The notes under the pieces: generated by a model
Databases searched by the model: none
Seen by the model: the letters and a program-made list of their open reading frames with translations, nothing else
What the model was told of the DNA's origin: nothing
Shown: one piece after another, positions 54,071 to 64,000 of the stretch
How positions within the stretch are numbered: the stretch's first letter is position 1
Layout: each line of letters opens with the position of its first letter
NCBI RefSeq assembly: GCF_001194135.2
Contig: NC_068986.1
Span: 53,843,289 to 53,907,288 of the forward strand
Length of the DNA: 64,000 nt
Direction of reading: 5' to 3'
Source of the DNA: Octopus bimaculoides
Taxonomy: Eukaryota
Program-made: the position numbers and the translations under genes

Positions 54071-55919
54071 AGGCTCTATTTGAAGAGAAAAGGATTGTAG
54101 AGCAGAGGTTCTCAAACTAAAAAATACCAGAAACATGCTTCCTGCTAAGAGAAGTCAAAACAGTGTTGCATCCATCTAATTTTTCTTTCTTCACAATGGT
54201 GTTTGAGAAATTTAAAAAGTTCAAATCAAATTTTAAACATAGCAATTTTGTTCGCTCTTTTTTTCAATGCATTACAACTGCTTCTCCTATCAGAAACATT
54301 CTTGTAGAGAGTAAGAAGTAAAACATGTTAGGATTGATGTTCTCAGCTTGAATTTTAGAATACTAATTTTGGTATTTGCTGTACTTAGAATGTCTGACTC
54401 ATGATCAGAACATTGTAGGTTCAATTCTTGGATCAGGCAATGTACTGTGTTCTTGAGTAAGACACTTCATTTTACACTGCTCCAGGCTACTCAGATGAAG
54501 TGAGTATCAACCAGAGTGCTGGTGCAGCCCTCTAGCAGTCCTCTCTCTCTCTCTTCCCAGCTGTCACATCCAGATGTTCCCCTGGGTCAAGGATGAGGGC
54601 ACCAAAAGGATGTGTTTGTCTGTTTGTGACTACAATTAGTGAAAGCATGATACATACTATGAAACTATAGATACATACTATGATACATACTATGAAACTA
54701 TAGATGCATTTAAGTCAAAGCTGGCTGTATAGTACTGATCACCTCTTTATAAGATTAGGTTACACCAAGTGGAGCTATTTGTAGACAAAAACTGAAAGAT
54801 GTTGTCTCATATATCTATCTATCTGTTTCTCTCTCTCTCCTTCTCTATGTATATATATATATATTGTTATACTTGGGGATGATCATTCTTTACCAATTAA
54901 ACCAGGCATTATTTATTTCATCTTCACTTCAGTTTAATTAGTATTATAAATTTTTCTTTTAGTTTATTTATCTGTCATTTTTTTTCAGCAACCCTCTGTC
55001 CTATGTGTCGCCTCTTGTTATGTCCCATGTGTTTCCCTGTAAGTAGAGCCACATGAGACAAAGTATTGTTGAAGAGGTCACAGAATGTTCGATAAAAAGA
55101 ACAAAATAAAAAAATAATACTCATAAAACTAAACTGAAGATCAAATAAATAGTACCTGTGTTTAATTGGCAAAAGATGATCCCCAAGTATAACAACAATA
55201 TCTGTTTCAACACGTTTCCACATCAAGAATCTTGCAAAAGAAAAAAAAATACATGAACATATGTGTGTGTGTGTGTATCTGTCTGTCCTTGTATTGGTGT
55301 AAATGAGTGTCACTGTCGTAGAAACTGACATTCCTTTCCAAAAATCCTGTGAAAGCATGCCTGGCCATGAGAAATATTACCTTGCTTGGTTGGTGGCAGG
55401 AAGGGCATCCAATCATAGAAAATCTTTCTCAACAAACTTCCATCTGACCCATGTAAGTATGGAAAAGAGGACGTTAAAATGATGATTATAATAAGACTAC
55501 AGATACTGACATAGACTGTTATAGGAACATTATTTTTTACATTTTAAAATTTTATGTAAAGGGACATAACTAGTACCCTTCAATGTTTGGTTACTGAGGT
55601 AAAAATAAAATAAATTAGTCAATAGAAAAAATTATATTTAAGGTTAAAACAATAGAAATTATTGCAAGAATGTTCATTATGAAAATGCTTTTGATCTTTG
55701 TATATTATAACTAAAAAATAAAATCCAACACAGAAAACGAGAGAATTTCAGCAAGGTCAATTGACTTGACAGAAGTCAAATCTCTTTCTTGCGTCAAATT
55801 AAGAGTTTAAGACTGTAATATGAAAATATGAAAGATTCTCTGTTAAGACTAACTCAGGGATTTGGTGAAAAGCTTGGCCTCAAGTAAATTCCTGAGTCAC
55901 TGAAAGCAATTACATAGTT

Positions 55920-56280
55920 ATTTTATCATTTACTTGTTTCAGTTATTAGACTGTGGCCATGCTGGGGTGCCACCCTTTAGCTGAATGAATTGACCCCAGT
56001 ACTTTTTTTTTTTAAAGCCTGCTACTCATTCTATTGGTTTCTTTTACAGAGCCACTAAGTTGTGGGGTTGTAAACACACCAACACCGGTTATCAAGTGGT
56101 AGTGGGGAACAATCACACACACATTTATATACATGACAAGCTTCTTTCAATTTACATCTACCAAATCCAGTCACAATGCTTTGGTTGGCCTGAGGCTACA
56201 GCAAGGCACTTGCTCAAGGTGCTGTGCAGTAGGACTGAACCTGGAACCATGTGGTCGGGAAGCAAGCTTCTTAACCAACC
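55920..56280 (-). mobile_element. SINE family B, full length
   Basis: Same structure as 33880-34250. Confidence 0.8.
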
Positions 56281-56334
56281 TATATAGAGTTACCAAAGTT
56301 TATTGATGAGAAAAATGAGAAATGGAGAACATAC

Positions 56335-56400
56335 GTGGACCGAATGAATCGCTGAAGAGGTCACAGATGTGTGATGAAAGATTTCCGGCAATGGACGTGA
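56335..56400 (-). other. Candidate non-coding first exon of the zinc-finger gene
   Basis: Donor CAC|gtatgt at the edge of the CpG-rich zone; no ATG; ETS-like CCGGAAAT (56381-56388). The 5' end is a guess. Confidence 0.33.
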
Positions 56401-57024
56401 AAAACAAATATATAGTGCGTGTGTTTATTTGGCAAAAGGAAGAGAAAAAAAATATGACCATTTCGAAACATAACAATACAGAAATGAAATAATTCCTTCA
56501 ATTTTAGAAGAACGTATTTAATCACATCTGAATAGATGAGACAAATTTAGACACAAAAAAGACTCCACCCCGCTGACTGGTAAACCCCATCACATCCCTG
56601 AAAATCTAAATTTTATCAATATATTTTTTATTCTATTTTCTCCGGAGCGTATTCTTTACAAATTGCCAAATAAAAATAATCATTTTAAAGAGAATTATAA
56701 GGAACCGAAAGTCAGTAGATTGAGAGAATAATCCCAAACTCCTTTCCAACCAAAAAGGAAAAAAGGGCGATCTTTGCTTATCGTTATCTATACTCATGAG
56801 AATGCATCTCAGCAAAATTTTATGACAAAATATGCATTTTCAGAAAGTTATGAGGAAACAAAGTCAGTATGTACTTATGCTGGTTCGTTTCGTTTTTGTT
56901 TTCAGTAACGAATACTCCGATAATGAGCATTCTGTTATAATTTCTATTATCTTATTCCCTAAAAAATATTTACTTTTCTGTTGAATATTGTCATAAAACA
57001 CACATTCTAAACGTAGGCGCAAGC

Positions 57025-57360
57025 ATGGCTGTGTAGTTAAGAAGCTCGCTTCGCAACCACGTGATTTCGGGTTCATTGGCACAATGAGCAAGTGTCTTCT
57101 ACTACAGCCCCGGGCTGTACAATGTCTTATGAGTGAATTTGGTGAACGGAAACTGTGTGGAAGCTCGTCGTATCTGTTTATATATATATATATAAATAAT
57201 ACAGAATGGGACAAGAACACAAAACATCCAGACATGGGATGGTATGTTTGCGTTTGTCACCCACACCGCTTGACAGCCGGTGTTTTTTTTTCACGTTCCT
57301 TATAACTCAGCAGTTCAGCAAAAGTAGTCGATTTATTTGACAAACCCTTCAAGGTATAAA
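57025..57360 (+). mobile_element. SINE family B, diverged but CpG-retaining
   Basis: GCATGGCTGTGTAGTTAAGAAGCTCGC head, core, (TA)n tract and 3' half. Confidence 0.72.
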
Positions 57361-57959
57361 AGATAGCGGTGGTGCTAAGAATGTTAGTGCAATGAGTTAC
57401 GTCCCTTGAAAGCCAACAGTTAAAGAAGCTGTAACTGAAAGTCGGTGACACCTCAAAAGATCCCCTAAGCAAAATAAGCTGACCGTAGCGCAGCGTTAAA
57501 AAATTTCTTCCACAGTTGTTAAACAAATTAATGGGAAAGAAAAGAAAAGAAAAAAAAAACACGTAGTACATGTCCTGCGCTTTTATTTACAATAAGCGGT
57601 TCGGCTCGAAGATACTTTGTCGCAACACCAAGTTTCTCTTTTATACATTCGTTTAAGCAAACGATGACAAAAGCAAGAAACATGGAATAGTGACGAAGAC
57701 AATTAAATCATCATCTCCGAATGTACTAAGAGCGATCTAGGTTAATGTTTACGGGTCAAGATGTAAACATTAACCGCGATCTATATGGCTCAACTTAGTT
57801 TTCACTTTCTATAGGGGTTTCCCATCAGTAATTTATAAGCTTTCATTTTTGCACGTTTTTCCCCCCGATCTCTACTTTTCAGTTTGTCTACAAACGTAAG
57901 TCGTCACGTATCACTGACAACTATTATTTTTGTATTTGTATATTACTAACGAATATTGA

Positions 57960-58768
57960 GGCAGTGATTTGGCAGAATCGTTAGCACACCTGACATACTG
58001 CTTAGAAGGCATTTCGTCCCTCTTTACGTTCTGAGTTCAAATTCCGCCGCGGTCGACTTCGCTTTTTATCCTTTCGAGGCCAATAAAGCAAGTACCAGTG
58101 GAGCACTGAAGTCGCGACTAGTCTCTTTTCTGCCACAGTAGAAAGAACATTACTTTTACCTTTGTTTCTTCACAATTTTTAATGAGTCCCGACGAGTAGC
58201 AAGACAATTTGAATGAAACTTATGGTAGTTGAGTACTGGCCAATTACAGTTGCTATAACATTGTGTAAAAGTCTTGGACAATTATTACTGACCATTTTCT
58301 AGACTGAAAGGAAAGTTTAAGTTTGCGAAAAGACAAAACAGGACGTTCATATTATATTGGTTTCAAATTTTGGCGCAAAGCCAGCAATTTCGGGGGAGGG
58401 GTAAGTCGATTACATCGATCCCAGTTCTCAGCTGATACTTACCTTATTGACCCCGGTGGCATTTGAACTCAGAAAAGTAAAAACCGGGAGAAATGCCGCT
58501 AAGCATTTTACCCGGTGCCGTAACGATTCTGCCAGCTAGTCGCATTACGTTCGTATTAGTTTCAAATTTTGGCACAATTTCAGCAAGTTCTGGGGAGGGA
58601 TTAAGTCGATTACACCGACTCCAGTGATCTACTGGTACTTATTTTATCGACCGCAAAAGGGATGAAAGGCAGAATCGACCTCGGCAGAATTTGAGCTCAG
58701 AAAATAAGGACGGACGAAATGCCGTTGTGTATTTTGCCGGCGTGCTAACGATTCTGCCAGCTCGCTGC
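57960..58768. mobile_element. Cluster of three family D SINEs (57960-58130 +, 58355-58540 -, 58555-58768 -)
   Basis: Shared GTTCTGAGTTCAAATTCCGCC / GGAATTTGAACTCAGAA motifs; CpGs retained. Confidence 0.8.
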
Positions 58769-59319
58769 CTTTTTTTTTTTTGTATTATATTGAGTACTCT
58801 TTCATTTCTGCGTGTGTTTATATATATAGGCAGACGATGCTGACGAAAATGCAGACACGAACGTCCAAACATTCTAATCTACAGTCTTCTTAAGGAGACT
58901 GTAGATTAGAACGTTAACAAGAGTTAGCAAAAGACAGAAAAATTTTTTTTTTCATTATATCATTAAAAAGGACTGTCGTTTTGCCTAAGACGAAGTGTTG
59001 ACGTTTGGATTCGATAGTGTCGTGTTGCAGGTATTAACATCACTTCATTCTTTAGTTACTTTTTTTAACAGCAGTTCTGTATTGTCGAATGGCAAAAAGC
59101 AACTGATGTTTATTTTCTGTTAACACACAGAGAGTATATCTTGCGTGTACATGCAGATGACTGCTACTGTTGAATTTAGAGCTTAACGTAGATGATAAGT
59201 TGTGGTTAAGCATCCAAATGCAGTTAGATCCAATACAGAGTTAGGAACTTCAGTGGCAAAACGTGCAAAGAACAAATGATATAAACTTGTATTTATCGTA
59301 ATTTCTTTCCCCACCTCCG

Positions 59320-59389
<70 letters not shown>

Positions 59390-62300
59390 ATTAGAGAGAG
59401 AGATTATATTATTAAGAAGTAAGCAAAGTGAATATAATAGTTTTTATGTGTTCTTGAATGGCTAACATGACTCTTCTACGATACAATTATTTCAATCACA
59501 AACACTATCACACACATCAAGTCATTTGCCAAACAATCGCAACCCCGAAATATTGCAATTGACAGATGGGAACCTTATCTTGTTTTTAACAAAGGGAGAC
59601 GATCAGCATCAAGTAATTACCACAACCGTTATATCTATGCTTATAACATAAGTGCGAGAAATCGGCAACCATAAACGATAATAAAATATTCGAATGAAAG
59701 TAAACTGAATTCATATACATGTGTCAAACAAAAGGAATGAACAATTGAGATAATATGAATACAAACCTCAAAATAAACAACAGGAAATAAGACGGTGAAG
59801 AATATCAAAATATTCAGTAGTGTGCTACACTCCAAACAGTTTAGTGGTCAATATTTTTTACAGGTCTTGAACTGAACCAAGCGAAATATCAGTCTCTCTA
59901 TCTCGCCTCATCAGGTTTAAAAAAAAACAGGTAAATATTGCTCGTGAATAAATGGCTTTTAGAATCGATTGTGCATTTTAAAAACATTATCGTCTACATT
60001 ATATGTATATATATTTTTTACTATGCATGTATTTACACACACATACATCATTATCATCATTGTTTTAACGTCTACTTTTTTATTCTCACATGGTCCGGCC
60101 ATAATTTGCTGAGGCTGACTTTCTCGGGTCGGGTGCCCTTCCTGTCACCTATTTTCAAGTAAGCTGGTATCCCCATATGAACAGATATGTTTTCACAGAA
60201 GACTAAAAAGGAAGCGTACTGCTTACATGACGGTGGAACTCATTTACATCTATCATGCGAAGGCAAGTAGATAGTAACAAATAAACATATATATACACAC
60301 ACGCAATAGACTTCTTCCATCTACTAAATTTACTTGTAAGGCTTTGGTTCACCCAGGACTATAGTAGAAGACACTTGCCCATGCTGCTATGCAGCGTGTC
60401 TGAACTCCAAACCATGTGGTTGGGAAGCAAACTTTTTACCACACAGCCATGTATGTATGTGTTTCTGTTTGTCTGTCTGTATACATACGTGGAAGATTTC
60501 CTGATGTTTTGGACTAAGTCATTCATCAGAGAGGAAAAAAACTTTTCTGTCCTTTGTCTATCCAAGTATGATAATAGTAAATAGTTAGTTTCTACAAATA
60601 TGTACAAAAGAGAAAGGAAGAGAAATTAAAAGTGTGATGTGGGAGGCAGAAATTAAAAAAAAATATTGGTTAAGGTAAAGTTAGAAGTTGAGTCAGTTTG
60701 ATGTTAAAACATTCATAAGGGGACTTGTGGAGACATAGCTGATATCATCATGGTTTGGTGTGATAAAATATTTCAGAATTCTAGTATCATTGTTCACTTC
60801 ACCTTTCATCAGATTTATTTGTGGAAGCTTATGACATACTCTTTTACTTGTTTCAGTCATTTGACTGTGGCCATGCTGGAGCACCACCTTTAGTTGAGCA
60901 AACCGACCCCAGGTCTTATTCTTTGTAAACCTAGTATTATTCTATCGTTCTCTTTTGCTGAACCGCTAAGTTACAGGGCCGTAAACACACTAGCATCGGT
61001 TGTCAAGCAATGTTGAAGGGATAAACACTATGCCTGTATGAAGTCACTGCATATATATATAACATATACAGAAACTGAAAGAACTTTGTTGTGTGTGTAT
61101 ATATATATATGCATATGTAACATACTGTATAATTATAAACAGGGCAAATTTTAACCATTTCTCTGCAGACTGAAAAAAAATAATGAACAACCGTAATTGA
61201 TTTTTGAACCTTATTGGGTTCTCATCAACAGCATCTACATCATTCTGACAGTCTTCCAGCGAAAAAAGCAGCCAAACTGTTTATATACTCAACAAATGCA
61301 GCAGTTACTCTATGAAAGAGTTCCTAATTTGCATACTGAAAGTGTTTAATACTCTATAAATACTAACGGCCTGTCAACAGGGATCTTAGTCCACACAGTA
61401 TTAAGGTATGATATAAAATATATATGTAACATATGGTATAATTACATAACTTTATATATATTAAGTCATAAATTACAGAGAAGTAGTTTGGTGAAATTTT
61501 ATTTAACAATAAGAAAACCTAATATCACAAAAAATTGTTACTTGAATCCATATATTGTGACTTAAATTTATATATATGTATGTATGTATATCTATGGTGT
61601 TTATCTGTGTCTGTCCTCCACCAGCACTTGACAATTGGTGTTGGTATGTTTACGTCCCTGTAACTTAGTGGTTTGACAAAAGAGACCAACAAGACTAAGT
61701 ACCAGGTTTAGAAAATTAAAATAAGTACTGTGGTTGATTTCATTGACTAAAAATTCTTTAAAGCAGTGCCTTGAAGAATTTTATTGAAACAAGTAAAAGG
61801 AAAAGATAAAAGATATGGCTTGCATTTGTGTTATCATTTTGTAGATGAATCCTAAGGTGGGAAGCAAAGGTGTAAACTACAGGCTACAAAAAAATCTGAT
61901 GCTGCTAAATTGTGTCGTCATGTATTGTGCCTGTGTTTCTGTTTGTGTGTGTGATGAGTGAATGAATTAAAATTGAAAACATAAAGCCAACTCAATGAAA
62001 GAAAATACTTGTGGCTGGGTGATAAGCCTGGAAAATACATTTATAGAAACAATTAAAAAGTTGAGATGATTAATTACAATTTAAAATAAAATTGATGAAT
62101 AAAATGATCCATTACTTGAAAGAAGTAATAAAATATAAAAATTGTCCATGACATGGACTGCATACATAAACCAGAAATTACTGTTGTAATACTATGGTTA
62201 ATACTATGTTGTAATGCAATCTTTAATGGTTCTTGTTATCTTCATACAAGCCGTATTAAATAACCAATACTTATTTGTCTCTTATCAATTTTCTTAATTT

Positions 62301-62429
62301 TTTATTCCATAATTTGACCATAGCTCAAGGAATACTAACAATGAATTTTGTACAGAGATGGTGATTCTGCATTTATTGTATTTTCTGTCCTTCAAACATC
62401 TCATGTAATAGATGATGGTTCTACTGTAT

Positions 62430-63720
62430 GGCTTTTGAGTATGACTAGTAATTATTGCATTGTAGTTGGTTACTGATGTTTCTGTTTGAAATGAAATAGC
62501 AAGGGGAAGGGGAAAAAGTGTAGCAGCTGTTGATCTTTTCTTGACTCAGACTGTAACTTCATCAAAGAGAGGAGTTGTAGAAAACTGTCTTACGAATGGA
62601 GACCACCCCTTCCACGAAAATCTGCAGGAAATGTGCATCATTGCATATCTGCACAGCAGGGCCACAGCATACAGAGCCTACATTCCAGAGGGCACTGGCA
62701 ACATGGACTGCTTGACCCATGTGGAACATATCCCTTCCACAAGAAGCAGAAACGCTGATGCTCCTTTCTGGCTTAAAAGAGACTGTAGCAATGCACAAAG
62801 GTCAGGTGATAAGTTATGACAGAAAGAATGAAAGCTTTCACAATCTATGCTCAAGCTTAACTTTCTCTCAGTCCATTTCTGATTCAGACTGTGTTGTAAC
62901 CTTGTCCCAGGTCCTGTCTACCTGGTGGGCCAAACCAAACTAGATTTCAAGCAGTGACCTACTATGCAGTTCAGTAGCATAAACCTGCCTCTCCAAGTGC
63001 AGAACACAAGTCCACTGACTTGTCCTGATTTATCTTTGCTCCTACCATTATCTTGTATTCCTTTAGAATGGAACAAACTATAGTGTCAGACACCATTATG
63101 ATAATGTCATCTGCATATGCTGACACAGCTTTCCCACATCTCAGCTCAAAAAAGATGCCCCATAAGAAAGAATTCTAGCTTCTGCAATAATGGCTCAAGT
63201 GCCGGTGTCTATAAAAGAAATGAAAGAGGACACTCCTGACAGACTAAGTATGTGATATGGAACAATTCCAAGAGATGGCTGTTCACTTTGACCAACAAGC
63301 AAGCATCACTATGCATTGTTGTGATCCATCCTATGGAAATGGGTTCAAAATTGTCTGCTTTTAGGGCTGCTGCTAGATGGTTGATACTCTCAAAAGCTTT
63401 TGATTGATCAATGCTAAATTTGTTACCCACTCCCAATTTGATGTATCACATGAGGTGGAGGTTGTTGTAGATGAATCTACAGGGAACTGTACATGTCTGT
63501 GCTTCCCTGGCCACACCACTGACGAGCACTAGCCTTTTTGCTAACACCTTGCCCAAAATCAAACTCTGCCTTTAACAGAGTTATGGGCCAGAGATTACCT
63601 ATAATATCCCCTTTATTGACCTTTCTCAGCAGTGCTAACATGCTCTGGTTCACACAACTAGAAATTCTCTTGCTTTGTTGCCAGTAGTGATTGACTTTTG
63701 CCAAGAGGCTGTCAAACTAA
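62430..63720 (-). mobile_element. Tx1/L1-clade LINE reverse transcriptase remnant
   Basis: KGDIIGNLWPITLL, DQSKAFESINH and QECPLSFLL (QGCPLSPLL-like); many stops. Confidence 0.87.
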
Positions 63721-64000
63721 TCTGGCATATAAAAATAAAATTCATAGGGCAAACCATCCAAACTGAATGATTTATCCTTTGTGCAAATTCTCAATATTTC
63801 CTGTATCTCACTCTTACTGGCCTTTTGGAGTTATTGAAGATCTAGTGATTATACCAGCTCTGCTTTTTTTTTTCTTTCTTTAATTTAATTGTGCTAACAA
63901 TTGGCTTGTTTAAATTAAACTGTTTTGCAGTTTCTCTTGTACTTTTTTCATTTCCAGATAATTGACATATTTGATATTTGAAATTTAATTATTCAATCTT

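Larger units (their letters stand above)
56300..60000. promoter_or_regulatory. CpG-retaining putative promoter zone, possibly bidirectional
   Basis: CpG is visibly more frequent than in both flanks, and SINE copies here keep their CpGs. Candidate outward-facing donors at 56335 (-) and about 59930 (+, cag|gtaaat). Confidence 0.42.

Overview
AT-rich, microsatellite-dense eukaryotic scaffold with N gaps. The SINE/LINE repertoire and repeat style suggest an octopod cephalopod (Octopus); this is inference, not a database match. The main host feature is a minus-strand C2H2 zinc-finger gene. It has a candidate non-coding first exon near 56.35 kb, a candidate ATG exon (49601-49764), a 924-bp low-complexity linker exon (32895-33818), and two tandem, roughly 85% identical 347-nt terminal exons (26878-27224 and 23061-23407). 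Each terminal exon encodes three C2H2 fingers and is in frame with the same linker donor, which suggests alternative last exons that swap the DNA-binding domain. The rest is mostly decayed mobile DNA: Tc1, two mariners, a maT-like element, a Helitron helicase fragment, RTE, CRE-like, R4/Dong-like, Tx1 and Penelope-like retroelements, TTAA MITEs and at least three tRNA-derived SINE families. There is also an 833-bp foldback element with a head-to-head telomere-like core. By eye, CpG content drops between about 6 and 56 kb and again after about 60 kb, which would fit a methylated gene body and an unmethylated promoter zone. All alignments and translations were done by eye.
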